64,000 nucleotides of DNA from Candidatus Latescibacterota bacterium. Lineage in GTDB: Bacteria; Latescibacterota; UBA2968; GCA-2709665. The translations under genes were made by a program, and so were the position numbers. The notes beneath the pieces are model-generated. The model was not told the DNA's origin. It made no database searches and saw nothing but the letters and a program-made list of their open reading frames with translations. The DNA is taken from assembly GCA_965219455.1 (NCBI GenBank), contig OZ244744.1, forward strand, positions 1,280,001 through 1,344,000, read 5' to 3'. Of this stretch, positions 8,821 through 20,400 are shown piece by piece (positions within the stretch are counted from its first letter, which is position 1; each line of letters begins with the position of its first letter).

Positions 8821-10620
8821 ATGAGTATCCAGAATATCAGAAACTTCTGCATCATTGCCCACATCGACCACGGCAAATCGACCCTGGCTGACCGTTTCCT
8901 GGAAACGACTTCGACCCTGTCACGAAAGGAGATGGTGGACCAGGTCCTGGATGATATGGACCTGGAACGGGAACGCGGCATCACAATCAAGTCCCACGCC
9001 GTCCGAATGGACTACCGGTGTTCCAATGGTCAGACATACGTACTCAACCTCATCGACACGCCGGGGCACGTTGACTTCTCATACGAGGTTTCCCGGAGCC
9101 TGGCCGCCTGCGAAGGTGCCCTCCTCCTTGTAGACGCCGCGCAGGGCGTGGAGGCCCAGACGATCAGCAACGTCCTTCTCGCGCTGGAACACGACCTTGA
9201 GATCATCCCGGTCATTAACAAGATCGATCTGCCCAACGTCGACGTGGACCGGGTGGTTATGCAGATCCACGACCTCCTGGGTGTTGAAGAATCCGAAATC
9301 CACAAAATAAGTGCCAAACAGGGCGTGGGCGTCCAAGGCCTGCTTGGGGCGATCATCGAACGGATACCCCCGCCGACGGGCGATCCCGACGCGTCTCTCC
9401 AGGCCCTGATCTTCGATTCCATCTTCGACCGCTACCGCGGCGCCGTCGCCTCGATCCGCGTTTTTCAGGGCAGCCTTCACACCGACATGCCCATCCGGTT
9501 TTTTTTCACCGGGCGTCAGTTCGAAGCCGAAGAAATCGGCGTCCTCAAACTGAAGCGCGTACAGACGCAGACGCTCCGGGCCGGGGAAGTCGGTTATCTC
9601 ATCGCGGGCGTGAGGGACCTTGAAGAGCTACACATGGGCGACACCGTTACCGGGTGCAACCGTCCCGCCGGGAAACCGTTACCTGGGTACCGGGAAGTCA
9701 AACCCATGGTCTTTTCCGGCGTCTATCCCGTTGATGCGGAAGACTATACGAACCTTCGGACGGCCCTGGAGAAACTGCGTCTGAACGACGCGTCGCTCCG
9801 TTTCGAGCCGGAGACCTCCACCGCCCTGGGGTTCGGTTTCCGATGCGGTTTCCTGGGCCTGCTTCACATGGAAATCGTACAGGAGCGCCTCGCCCGCGAG
9901 TTCGACATGGAGATTATCACCACCGTACCCAACGTGGAGTACGAAGTCCTGCTCACCAACGGGGACGTCGAAATCGTGCACAATCCCGCCGAGATGCCCC
10001 CCGCCATTAAGATCGAAGAAATCGCAGAACCCGTTCTCAACGCGCAGATCCTGGTTCCGTCCGAGTACATCGGCGCGGCCATGCAGGTTGCCCAGGACCG
10101 CAGAGGAAACTACATAACCACCGAATACGTGGATCCCGCGCGCGCCCTGCTGCGTTACGAACTTCCCCTCTCCGAAATCGTACTCGATTTTTATGACCGC
10201 CTCAAATCCGTCAGCCGCGGTTATGCCTCGTTCGACTACGATTACAAAGAACATCGGTCCGCCGATCTGGTCAAACTCGACCTGCTCATCAATGACGACC
10301 CCGTCGACGCTCTGTCCGCCGTTGTGCATCGGGACAAGGCCTACGAATGGGGACGGGCGATCTGCTCCAAGCTCAAGGAACTCATCCCGCGACAGATGTT
10401 CGAGGTTGTCATCCAGTCCGCCATCGGCAGGAAAATCGTCTCCAGAACGTCCGTGCGTCCCTTCCGCAAGAACGTAACCGCCAAGTGCTACGGTGGAGAC
10501 GTTACCAGAAAACGGAAACTTCTGGAACGACAGAAGGAAGGAAAACGACGGATGAAGCAGGTGGGAAACATCGAGATTCCCCAGGAAGCATTCCTCGCCG
10601 TCCTGCGTATGGAAAAGTAA
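8821..10620 (+). CDS. lepA: Translation elongation factor 4 (LepA)
   Basis: [46 protein letters not shown]; 599 aa. Confidence 0.99.
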   Translation: MSIQNIRNFCIIAHIDHGKSTLADRFLETTSTLSRKEMVDQVLDDMDLERERGITIKSHAVRMDYRCSNGQTYVLNLIDTPGHVDFSYEVSRSLAACEGALLLVDAAQGVEAQTISNVLLALEHDLEIIPVINKIDLPNVDVDRVVMQIHDLLGVEESEIHKISAKQGVGVQGLLGAIIERIPPPTGDPDASLQALIFDSIFDRYRGAVASIRVFQGSLHTDMPIRFFFTGRQFEAEEIGVLKLKRVQTQTLRAGEVGYLIAGVRDLEELHMGDTVTGCNRPAGKPLPGYREVKPMVFSGVYPVDAEDYTNLRTALEKLRLNDASLRFEPETSTALGFGFRCGFLGLLHMEIVQERLAREFDMEIITTVPNVEYEVLLTNGDVEIVHNPAEMPPAIKIEEIAEPVLNAQILVPSEYIGAAMQVAQDRRGNYITTEYVDPARALLRYELPLSEIVLDFYDRLKSVSRGYASFDYDYKEHRSADLVKLDLLINDDPVDALSAVVHRDKAYEWGRAICSKLKELIPRQMFEVVIQSAIGRKIVSRTSVRPFRKNVTAKCYGGDVTRKRKLLERQKEGKRRMKQVGNIEIPQEAFLAVLRMEK

Positions 10621-10667
10621 CGCTGCGGGTCCGGATCTCCGCGGGCCCGAGCCGCAAAACCAGACAA

Positions 10668-11429
10668 ATGGTCAAACCAGTACGACGCAAGCGGGCCGCA
10701 AAAAAGGCCCCGTCCCGGAAGGTCCGAAAGGGAAAAACCGGCCGAAGGAAAAAGTCCGTGGCCAGAGAATATCTCGAAGCCATTCTGATGGCCGTCGCCC
10801 TGGCGCTTTTTCTGCGAACCTTTGTGGTTCAGGCGTTCAGCATTCCCACGGGCTCCATGGAAAACACGCTTCTGGTAGGCGACTTTCTGCTGGCCAACAA
10901 ATTCATCTACGGCGCCAGAATTCCCTTCACGGACGTCCGGCTCCCCGGTTTCAGTAATCCCGAACCCGGCGATATCGTTATTTTCGAGTACCCGAGAGAT
11001 CCGAACCGGGACTTCATCAAACGCGTGGTGGCCGGCCCGGGCCAGGAGGTCGAAATTCGCGACAAGATTCTCTACGTGGACGGGAAGCGCACCGTGGATC
11101 CGCCTCTTTCCAAATACGCGGATCCGGTCATCCTGCCCGTTTCGTCTCCCAGCGGCGTTCGTGACAATATGCGCCTCGTAAGGGTTCCCGAGGGCCACTA
11201 TTTCGTGATGGGCGACAACAGGGATAACAGCGAGGACAGCCGCTATTGGGGCTTCCTGGATAAAAACCGCATCCGGGCGCAGGCGAACGTCATTTACTGG
11301 TCGTGGGCGCCGGACCCCGAGGCTCCGGAGTTCGAAAACGTCCTTTCAATTCCCAGGATGGCCTTCTATAACCTGCTACACGGATTCGGGCGCACACGGT
11401 GGGGCCGAATCGGCCGGACGTTCAAATGA
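10668..11429 (+). CDS. lepB: Signal peptidase I
   Basis: IPTGSMENTL (catalytic Ser), FIKRVV (catalytic Lys), GDNRDNSEDSRYWG; follows lepA. Start set at ATG 10668. Confidence 0.95.
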   Translation: MVKPVRRKRAAKKAPSRKVRKGKTGRRKKSVAREYLEAILMAVALALFLRTFVVQAFSIPTGSMENTLLVGDFLLANKFIYGARIPFTDVRLPGFSNPEPGDIVIFEYPRDPNRDFIKRVVAGPGQEVEIRDKILYVDGKRTVDPPLSKYADPVILPVSSPSGVRDNMRLVRVPEGHYFVMGDNRDNSEDSRYWGFLDKNRIRAQANVIYWSWAPDPEAPEFENVLSIPRMAFYNLLHGFGRTRWGRIGRTFK

Positions 11430-11463
11430 AGACGTCTTCATGTTCCATTGATTCCTAGCGCTT

Positions 11464-12582
11464 ATGTCCGGTCTCTACATCCACATTCCGTTCTGTAAAT
11501 CCAGGTGCCCCTATTGCGATTTCGCCTTCGACGTCGGCAAGACCCACCTGGCGGGACGGTACACGGATGCGGTCATCCGCGAGTTTCAAACCCGCCTGCC
11601 GCACATGGGTAATCGCACGGTTTTCGAAACGGTCTGTTTCGGCGGCGGCACGCCTTCGGAAATTCCGCCGGACTCTCTGAATCGAATTCTGGATGCCGCC
11701 CGGACCCGTTCCCGGCTCGCGCCGGATGCGGAGATAACCGCCGAGGCCAACCCTGAAGACCGTTCGCGGTTCGCCGACCTGTCGGCGATAGGCATCAACC
11801 GGCTCAGCCTGGGCGTACAGGCTCTGGACAACCCCACGCTCCGGGCCCTTGGCAGGCGGCACACCTCCGCCGAGGCCGATGAAGCCGTCGGCGCCGCTCG
11901 CCGGGCCGGCTTCGGAAACCTCAACATCGACCTGATTTTTGCCGCACCAACACAGACGACACGAGCCTGGCGACGTACCCTTGACCGCGCCGTGGACCTC
12001 CGTCCGGAGCACGTCTCCGTCTACGGGCTGACCATTGAAGCGGGTACCGCATTCGATCAAAGAATGAAACAAAACCGCCTGCCGCTGCCTCCCGAAGGTA
12101 CTCAGGCCGAAATGTACGAGATCGCGCAGGAGAAGCTGTGCGGGGCCGGCTACGTCCAGTATGAAGTCTCGAACTTCGCGCAACCCGGTTTTGCCAGCCG
12201 CCACAATATCGCCTGCTGGGACCGGCGCCCTTATCTCGGCATCGGTCTTTCCGCCCATTCCTTTTTCAACGACCGCCGTACCTGGAACATCCGCTCCCTC
12301 ATTGCGTATATAAAGAGTGTGGAATCCTCCAGTGTTGCCGTTGAAGGGGAAGAGCTTATCTCCACACGTGACAGGCTCGTGGAACAGGTGATGCTCGGCC
12401 TCCGCCGTGCCAATGGCATTCCCGAAACGCTCTTGGGCACAGCCGGCAGATCGACCTCCTTCATTCCCGATCACCTTCTCGAACGTAGAGAGGGGCGGGT
12501 CCGCCTCACCCGCCGCGGACTTCTGCTGGCGGATCTGGTCTGTGCGGAACTGGTCAGAGAGATGGAATGGAAATCCGCCTGA
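11464..12582 (+). CDS. hemW: Radical SAM heme chaperone HemW (HemN-like)
   Basis: YIHIPFCKSRCPYCDF, GGGTPS, YEVSNFA, SRHNIACW. Confidence 0.9.
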   Translation: MSGLYIHIPFCKSRCPYCDFAFDVGKTHLAGRYTDAVIREFQTRLPHMGNRTVFETVCFGGGTPSEIPPDSLNRILDAARTRSRLAPDAEITAEANPEDRSRFADLSAIGINRLSLGVQALDNPTLRALGRRHTSAEADEAVGAARRAGFGNLNIDLIFAAPTQTTRAWRRTLDRAVDLRPEHVSVYGLTIEAGTAFDQRMKQNRLPLPPEGTQAEMYEIAQEKLCGAGYVQYEVSNFAQPGFASRHNIACWDRRPYLGIGLSAHSFFNDRRTWNIRSLIAYIKSVESSSVAVEGEELISTRDRLVEQVMLGLRRANGIPETLLGTAGRSTSFIPDHLLERREGRVRLTRRGLLLADLVCAELVREMEWKSA

Positions 12583-13466
12583 GAACGCCCGGCTCCACCT
12601 CCAACCTGGGGCCCGGCTTCGACGCCCTGGGCCTTGCGCTGACCCTCTACAACCGGATTGCGGTTCGGACCGTGTCCGGTGCGCATAGGCGGATGCGCAT
12701 CACCGGGGAAGGCGCCGGGAAACTCCCGGTGGACGAAACCAACCTTTTCTTCCGTTCGGCCGACACGGCCGCGCAGCGCGCCGGCCAGACCCTTCCCGGG
12801 CTGGAAGTGGAGATGCACAACGGCATTCCGCTTTCCCGCGGGCTGGGCAGCAGTTCCACTGCAATTGTGGCCGGCGTTTATGCGGCCAACCTGCTCATGG
12901 GTGAACCCTTTTCCGAATCCGCCCTGCTCGATCTCGCTACGGACCTGGAAGGCCATCCCGACAACGTCGCCCCGTGCCTTTTCGGCGGTCTCGTAATCTG
13001 CTCTTATGAAGACGGTCGGGTCGAATCGATCCGTGCGCTGCCGCCGCCGGAACTTCGCGCGGTTGTAGCGGTTCCCCGCTTTGAACTCAAAACGGAAGCC
13101 GCGCGCGCGGCCCTGCCGGAACAGGTGCCGCACCGGGACGCGGTGTTCAACGTGGGCCGCGCATGCCTGGTCACGGCAGCACTGATGAGCGGAGACCTCC
13201 TGCCTTTGAGATCCGCGATGCGCGACCGCCTCCACCAACCCTACCGGGCGTCACTCGTTCCGGGAATCGACCACGTACTCGAAGCGGCTGTAGAAGCGGG
13301 CGCCCTGGGCGCCTGCCTCAGCGGCGCCGGTCCGACGCTGCTGGCATTTGCGACCGATGACGCGCCGGACGTAGCGGCCGCCATGAAAAACGCATGGGCG
13401 CAACAGGAAATCCTGGCCGACAGTGCCGTTCTGCGCGTCGATCGAGACGGGGTAACCACCGAATGA
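12567..13466 (+). CDS. thrB: Homoserine kinase
   Basis: STSNLGPGFD, IPLSRGLGSSS, EGHPDN, LHQPYR, SGAGPT. Confidence 0.97.
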   Translation: MEIRLRTPGSTSNLGPGFDALGLALTLYNRIAVRTVSGAHRRMRITGEGAGKLPVDETNLFFRSADTAAQRAGQTLPGLEVEMHNGIPLSRGLGSSSTAIVAGVYAANLLMGEPFSESALLDLATDLEGHPDNVAPCLFGGLVICSYEDGRVESIRALPPPELRAVVAVPRFELKTEAARAALPEQVPHRDAVFNVGRACLVTAALMSGDLLPLRSAMRDRLHQPYRASLVPGIDHVLEAAVEAGALGACLSGAGPTLLAFATDDAPDVAAAMKNAWAQQEILADSAVLRVDRDGVTTE

Positions 13467-15145
13467 CAGGGTTTTTCTCTTATCGTAAACCATCTCCCGC
13501 TTGCCGTCTTATTGCGATCCTGCTTGCCGTCGGGCTGATCTCGGAGCCCGTCATGCTCTTCGCGCAATCCGGGCCGGGTCGACCGGAATCCAGTCGGCGG
13601 AGATCGGATCGCAGATCCATCGGTTCAACGCTCCAACCAGACGAAATGCGGGGACTGGACGTGAAATGGATCGGCAAAATCGCATACGACGCCATCATTC
13701 GTTCCGAGCGCTACATCGTCGGTCCCGGCGATACCTTCAGCATCCATATCGAAGCCGGAGAGGAACCCATCACGCACCCGGTTCTCGTGGGTGCGGAAGG
13801 CAAACTGGTTATTCCCTACGTCGGCGCCATACAGCTTGCGGGACTCAGCCTTGGAGAGAGCCGAAAGAGAATCCAGGACGCGGTCAGTGACAACCTGCGA
13901 AGTCTCGACATCCAGATCTCGCTCGCCCGGCTACGCAGTTTTCCGGTCAACGTCGTGGGACAGGTGGTCCATCCCGGCGCCTACATGGTCGAAGGGACCG
14001 AGCAGGTTTCGGAACTCATCAGCCAGGCGGGCGGGGTACTGAAACCGCCGGATGGCAGGGCTTCTCAACGGAACATTCAGATTCAGCGGCTATCCGAAAG
14101 CGGTGCGCCGATGGATACCGAACGCGGGGCGGATCTCGCCCTGTGGCGGCTTTCGGGCGATATCTCCCACAACCCCTTCCTGCTGGACGGAGATCAGATT
14201 TTCGTGCCGGCGCTCACGGACTCCGTGCGTATTTCCGGCGCGGTCTATAGACCCGGAAGTTTCGAATTCATGCCCGGCGATCGCGTTTCCGATCTGATTG
14301 CTCTGGCAGGGGGGTTGAACGGCGAGGCGAGCACCGCAAGTGCTGAACTGCTCCGTTCTTTTTTCGCGGAAGAACGCGAAGAGCGGCACGCCGTCCGACT
14401 TTCGCAGGCACTGGATGGCGACGCGGATGCGAACCTGCCGCTGCGAGCCGGGGATAAACTGCACGTGGCCGTGAAGGAGCGGCGGGTCAACGTGGAAGGC
14501 GAAGTCTACTTCCCCGGATCCTATTTCATCGGCTCCGGGATGACGCTGAAAGAACTGATCCGGAAGGCCGGAGGATTCACGTCCAAAGCCTCTCTCGCCC
14601 AATCCATCGTGGTCCGCCGCGTCGAGTTTCCGAAAGGGGTGGCCGGTCCGAAGCAACTGCAGAGCGTTGGACCCATCAGTCTGACCGACGCCCAGCGGAC
14701 CTACCTGGCCATGCAAAAACAGCAGATGTCCGGCCGCCTGCCGGTGGACTTTGTCGCTCTTTTTGAGAAAAAGGACGACTCGCAGAACCTCCTGCTAAGA
14801 GAAGGGGATATCGTCAGGATACCCAGGCTTGTACCCTCGGTTGCGGTCAATGGATACGTCATCACCCCGGGCGCAATCCCCTACGAACCGGATCTCGGCG
14901 TCCAGGACTACATAAACAGGGCGGGCGGATTGAACGAACAGGCGGAAAAAGGCGAAATATACGTGATACAGGGCAGCACCGGAAACTGGATGAAGGCTTC
15001 CGGAATTCAGCGCGTCAATCCTGGAGACACCATTTTTATCATGGGCAAAAAGCCCGTGCACGGCTGGCGGCTCTTTCGTGAGACGCTGGTCGTGCTTTCA
15101 CAGGTGGCCGCTCTGGTCATTGCGGTACGGAGCATCAGCCGTTAA
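13463..15145 (+). CDS. Polysaccharide export protein (Poly_export + multiple SLBB domains)
   Basis: Signal-like N-terminus, YIVGPGD, repeated VxGxVxxPGxY..AGG..GD units; ATGA overlap with thrB. Confidence 0.85.
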   Translation: MTGFFSYRKPSPACRLIAILLAVGLISEPVMLFAQSGPGRPESSRRRSDRRSIGSTLQPDEMRGLDVKWIGKIAYDAIIRSERYIVGPGDTFSIHIEAGEEPITHPVLVGAEGKLVIPYVGAIQLAGLSLGESRKRIQDAVSDNLRSLDIQISLARLRSFPVNVVGQVVHPGAYMVEGTEQVSELISQAGGVLKPPDGRASQRNIQIQRLSESGAPMDTERGADLALWRLSGDISHNPFLLDGDQIFVPALTDSVRISGAVYRPGSFEFMPGDRVSDLIALAGGLNGEASTASAELLRSFFAEEREERHAVRLSQALDGDADANLPLRAGDKLHVAVKERRVNVEGEVYFPGSYFIGSGMTLKELIRKAGGFTSKASLAQSIVVRRVEFPKGVAGPKQLQSVGPISLTDAQRTYLAMQKQQMSGRLPVDFVALFEKKDDSQNLLLREGDIVRIPRLVPSVAVNGYVITPGAIPYEPDLGVQDYINRAGGLNEQAEKGEIYVIQGSTGNWMKASGIQRVNPGDTIFIMGKKPVHGWRLFRETLVVLSQVAALVIAVRSISR

Positions 15146-16344
15146 TGGAACACGAAAAGAATTTCCTCGACCATCTGGCCGTCCTTGCCCGCTGGCGACG
15201 CATGATACTCGTCACCTGCTTCACCGTATCGGTATTGACAGCGGGCGTCAGTCTGATCATCACCCCGGTCTACCGCGCGAGCGCCGTTCTATTTCCACCC
15301 AGCGAAAGCCAGGGATCGCTTGGAATCTCCGCCATTCTTGAAAAGCTGCCGGTGGGCATGCTGGGCCTGGGGGAAAGCGGCGTTTCGGCTACCGAATTCG
15401 TGCCCATCCTCAAGAGCCAGCGCGTGGCCGAAGCCATCATACGCCGCTTCAATCTTCGGGAAGCATACGAGGCCGAAACCCGCGAGGAACTCCTGCAGAA
15501 GGTCGACGACCGGCTGGAAGTGGAACTCTCGCGCGAGCAATTCCTGACCGTGTCCTACGAAGCGGAATCCCCGGAGCTGGCCGCCGAAATCGCCAATGCC
15601 TTCGTTGTAGAACTCGACCTTGCGCTCAGGCACCGGCGCGAACAACAGGCGCGCGACCTTCGCAGCTACCTGGAAAAACGCCTCGCGCAGGCCGAGCGCC
15701 GCATGATCGAAGCCGAACAGGCCTACAATGCGTTCCAGAAGGAACATTCGGCGATTGACATCGAAAGCCAGACCAAAGCGCAGATTGACGCCTACTCCTC
15801 TCTCATCACCTCAACGCTGGGCGAGATGATCATCCGGCGCGAAATCGCCGCCCTTCAGATGAACCCCGACAACAGCAGAGTCAGGCAACTCGATATCGAA
15901 ATCGAGGGCGCAACACAGGCGCTGGACGGCATCCTTTCCGGATCCGACCCGGACAGCAGCGGACGCGCGGTTCGCAAATTGCCCGGCATCATGCTTCCGA
16001 TGGATCAGATCCCCGACCTGGGACTTCAGGCCCTTCGATTGATGCGCGAAATGGAAATCCGAAACCTTATCTATCAATTCGTACTCCAGGAATACGAAAA
16101 AAGCAGCTTCGAAGAGAAGAAGGAGACGTCCCTGGTCGTGGTTCTGGACCCCGCCGCGCCACCCGACTTCCGAAGCCGTCCCCGCCGCGTGCTGATGGTT
16201 GGCACGGCCGCCGGTCTGAGCCTGCTCCTGAGCATCCTGGTCGCATTCCTGCTGGATGCTCTGAAAAGTCCCGACCCAGGCAACCGCAACAGGCTGGAGG
16301 CGATCCGCAAGGAATTGAGACCCCCAAAAACCCGCCGACAGTAA
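15145..16344 (+). CDS. Wzz/GumC-type chain-length determinant (polysaccharide co-polymerase)
   Basis: Two terminal TM helices, PVYRASA, coiled-coil middle, VLDPAAPP..SRPRR proline motif. Confidence 0.85.
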   Translation: MEHEKNFLDHLAVLARWRRMILVTCFTVSVLTAGVSLIITPVYRASAVLFPPSESQGSLGISAILEKLPVGMLGLGESGVSATEFVPILKSQRVAEAIIRRFNLREAYEAETREELLQKVDDRLEVELSREQFLTVSYEAESPELAAEIANAFVVELDLALRHRREQQARDLRSYLEKRLAQAERRMIEAEQAYNAFQKEHSAIDIESQTKAQIDAYSSLITSTLGEMIIRREIAALQMNPDNSRVRQLDIEIEGATQALDGILSGSDPDSSGRAVRKLPGIMLPMDQIPDLGLQALRLMREMEIRNLIYQFVLQEYEKSSFEEKKETSLVVVLDPAAPPDFRSRPRRVLMVGTAAGLSLLLSILVAFLLDALKSPDPGNRNRLEAIRKELRPPKTRRQ

Positions 16345-16387
16345 ACCCGATCGCAAGACGCCGGGATTCCCCACGAAAACCTCAGCC

Positions 16388-17389
16388 ATGCCCCACCGCA
16401 TCCTTACCACCGTCGTTGGAAGCTATCCCGTGCCGGACTGGCTGCGAGCTTCTCCCTCCCGACAGGCATTGATCGATGCCATACGGGTCGTGTTCAAGAC
16501 CCAGGAAGAAGCGGGGGTTGACGTCGTCGCCGACGGGGAACTCTGCCGGTTCGACGTCAATCATCCGGAAACCAACGGCATGATTGACTATTTCGCGCGA
16601 AGATTGGGCGGTATCACCACCCGGTTCGGGCGTGAAGCCCTGAATGCGTTTCACACGGAAACAGGCCTCACCTATCGCGCGGCGCCCGCGGGCCTGATCG
16701 AACGCGGGTTGGACGAAGGCGCGCTCAATCTGCCGGCGGACTTCCGGATGGTCCGACGTCTGACGCCGTCGAAACTCAAATTCACCCTCACCGGGCCGCA
16801 CATGCTCAGCAAAGTCCTGCTGGACCGCCACTATGGCAACCCCGAGGCCGTGGCCATGGCCCTGGGCGAGCTACTCGCCAGACAGGTTTCGGACATCGAC
16901 GCGGACGTGATCCAGATCGACGAAGCCAATATAACGGGACACCCGGAAGAAGGCGCGTGGGCCGCCAGGGCGATAAACACCGTACTCGATGCGGCTCCGG
17001 GCGAAAAGGCCGTACACGTCTGCTTCGGGAACTACGGCGGCCAGACCGTTCAGCAAGGGACGTGGCAGGACCTGATCCCTTTTCTGTCCACTCTGAGAGC
17101 GGACCATCTGGTCCTCGAATTCAAACGCTGCGGAATCGAACACGCAGCAACCCTGAAGGATCTGCCGGAAGCCGTCCGAATTGGCATCGGTGTAATCGAC
17201 ATCAAAAACAATATCGTGGAGACCCCGGACGAAATCGCCTCGGACATCGAAAGCGCGGCCCGCCAGCTCGGGCCGGATCGAATCGCCTGCGTCCATCCCG
17301 ACTGCGGCTTCTGGATGCTCCATCGAAGCGTCGCCGACCGCAAGATCGAAGCCCTAGTCAGGGGTCGGGACCTCTACGAAGGGCGTTGA
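16388..17389 (+). CDS. Cobalamin-independent methionine synthase catalytic-domain-only protein (core MetE-like)
   Basis: TTVVGSYP, DGE, TGP, QIDE, HVCFGN, LEF, HPDCG zinc ligands; only 333 aa. Confidence 0.85.
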   Translation: MPHRILTTVVGSYPVPDWLRASPSRQALIDAIRVVFKTQEEAGVDVVADGELCRFDVNHPETNGMIDYFARRLGGITTRFGREALNAFHTETGLTYRAAPAGLIERGLDEGALNLPADFRMVRRLTPSKLKFTLTGPHMLSKVLLDRHYGNPEAVAMALGELLARQVSDIDADVIQIDEANITGHPEEGAWAARAINTVLDAAPGEKAVHVCFGNYGGQTVQQGTWQDLIPFLSTLRADHLVLEFKRCGIEHAATLKDLPEAVRIGIGVIDIKNNIVETPDEIASDIESAARQLGPDRIACVHPDCGFWMLHRSVADRKIEALVRGRDLYEGR

Positions 17390-17441
17390 ACCGGCCGGCC
17401 TTCCGGGCGACGCGCAACGCGTTCTCGACCGATTCCAGTCT

Positions 17442-20400
17442 ATGCACTTCATCTCAACAAATAACCGGACCCTGTTCCTCCTTGTTGTCCTGCTCGCACT
17501 GGCCGGGGCGTCATTCGCTCAGACACGTGGCACGATGATCACCATTGCCGGCGGCGGTAATCAGGAGGGCGAGAACATCCCGGCAACCGATCTGGCCCTG
17601 AGCATCCCCCTGGGTGCTGCCTCGGACGCTGATGGCCACGTCTACATTGCCGATACGGGCACACACCGAATCCGCAGGGTGGATGCGGTTACCGGGCAAG
17701 TCACGACCGTTGCGGGCACCGGTGAAGCCGGATTTTCGGGCGACGGCGGACCTGCCGTCGAAGCGCAACTGGAAAGGCCGCAGGCCGTTGCAGTTGACGA
17801 GGACGGCAATATATACCTCGGCGATACGGGCAACCGACGCATCCGGCGCGTCGACGCAGGCACAGGGATCATCACCACTATTGCAGGCAACGGAGAGTTC
17901 GGCTTTGACGGCGATGGGGGCCCGGCCCTCTCCGCTGTACTTGGAGAAATCGTCGCTCTGGCCGTGGGTCCCCGCGGCGGGCTCTATATCGCGGACGGGC
18001 TGGACGGACAGGGCCGCGGAAACAACCGGGTACGCAGGATCGACCTCAGCGGCGGCGGGATCACCACCCTTGCCGGTGACGGTGATTTCTCATTCGGCGG
18101 TGACGACGGACTCGCGGTCGAGGCCGGGATGACCGTAGAAGACATTGCCGTTGACGCCTCCGGAAACATCTTCCTCGCTGACTTCAACAATTATCGCATC
18201 CGCAGGGTGGACGCGGAAACAGGCACAATCACGACCGTGGCCGGCCGCGGGCCGGTTTTTGGAGGCGGGGGCGGATTTTCGGGCGACGGTGGCCCGGCAA
18301 CCGACGCCCGGCTCGATTTACCCGGCGGCGTGGCCGTCGGAGCGGACGGAACCCTTTATATTTCGGATACCGGCAACAGCCGCGTCCGGGCCGTGGATCC
18401 CAATACCGGGGATATTTTCACCATCGCGGGCACAGGCAATGCCGGCACAGCCGGTGAAGGGGGTCCTGCCGCGCTCGCCGAATTCCGGGAGCCCACCCGC
18501 GTGGTTCTGGATCCGGACGGCAATCTGATCATCGTGGATACCGGCAACAGCCGCATCCTCAAACTCCTCGACCCCGCCTACCAGTCGCCCGTCCTCCGTC
18601 TGACGACCGCCCGTATCGACTTCCGTGCGGTTGTCGTGGACGATCAAGTGACGCGCGCAATTACCATTGAAAATGTGGGCAGGCGCACCCTCACGCTGGC
18701 AAGTGCCGCGACCGACCGGGAAACGTTTGTCCTGCTGGACGCATTTCCGATCGAAATAGAACCCGCCGGACAGGCCGAAATCCGGGTCCGGTTCAGCCCG
18801 CGGACCGAAGGCGTGGTGGAAGGTACGCTTATCATCGATACAGACGACCCATGGCGTCCTACGCTCACCGTCCCCCTCTCGGGAACGGGCGCGGCGCCCG
18901 ACATCGGTGTTTTTCCCGAAAGCATTGTGTTCGACCGCACGTTCATCGGCCGCGAGCAGGCATTCGTCCTACGGGTCGCGAACCTTGGCGCCGGCGTACT
19001 GACTGTATTCCGCGCCGAATTGTCGGACTCCGAACAGTTCTCCGTTAGCCTGGACGACACCCTGCGGATCCCGTCGAGTGATAGACGAATCCTGGACGTC
19101 GCCTTCCGTCCCGCGCGGGCAGGAACCCAGCGGGCGGAACTCACCCTGTTCAGCAACGATCCGGACGATCCCGAGATCGTTATCCCCCTCCGGGGCCTGG
19201 GTCGGGTATCCAAGCCCGGCGGATTCGTAGACTGGGCAGCGGACCGCGGTATGGCCGACCAGGGCGCCGGGTTCGGCGCCGCTTGGGCGGATTATGACAA
19301 CGACGGTGACCCGGACCTCTATCTGGTGCGCAGCCGACAGCCCAATCTGCTCTACAGGAACGACGGCGACGGCGGCTTCAGGGAGATTGCCGCCGAGGTC
19401 GGCGTGGCGGACGACGGCGACGGCAGCGCCGCGGCCTGGGCGGATATAGACGGTGACGACGACCTTGACCTCTACGTCACCAACTTCGGGCAGCCCAACC
19501 GGCTCTACCGGAACGACGGAAGCCGCTTCACCGAAGTCGCCGCTGCGGCCGGCGTCGACGACGGCGGAGACGGGTACGGCGCGGCATGGTCGGACGTAGA
19601 CGGGGATGGCGACCCCGACCTGTACGTGGCCAACTTCGGCGACAACCGTTTCTATCGCAATGGGGGGGGGCGCTTCGTCGAAGCCGCCGCCGAGGCCGGT
19701 CTGGACGACGCAGGCAGCAGCCTGCAGCCGGCCTGGGCGGACTACGACAACGACGGCGACCCGGATCTGTTTCTTGCCAACAGCGGATCCAACAGACTGT
19801 TCCGGAACGATGGCGGCAGCTTTGAGGATGCAACGTCGGAGTCGGGCCTGGAAGAACTCGGGCTGGGCGGTCCCAGTTTCGGCGCAAGTTGGGGAGACTT
19901 CGATAACGATATGGACCTGGATCTCTACGTCTCCTACTTCGAAGAGGGCAACCGCCTATATGTCAACACCGGCGGTCAGTTCCAGGAGTCCAGCGGGAGC
20001 TTCAACGTGGCGGGTTCGGACACCGCGCGCAGCAGGGGCGCCGTCTGGGGTGATTTCGATAACGACGGCGACCTGGATCTCTACGTCTCCAATGCGGGGC
20101 AGAAAAACCATCTCTTCCGAAACGATGGCGAGACATTCAAGGACGTGGCCGACTCCTTCCGCGTGGCCGCCGGCGCCAACAGCCGGGGCGTGGCCCTTGC
20201 GGACTTCAATGGCGACGGCGGACTGGATATTTTCGTGGCTGTACAGGGCGGCGCCGACCATCTCTTCCGGAACCAGGAATCCAACGGAAATTGGCTGGCC
20301 ATTCGCCCGCGTGCCACACAGAGCAGTTCGGATGCCATCGGCACCCGGTTCGAAATCGCCTTCGACGGCAGCCGTGCGATTCGTGAAATCACGGGTGGCG

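Noticed and set aside
19662-19670. G9 tract in the NHL gene as a phase-variation switch
   Set aside because: It is in frame and encodes Gly-Gly-Gly in a Gly-rich loop; no evidence of variation without reads.
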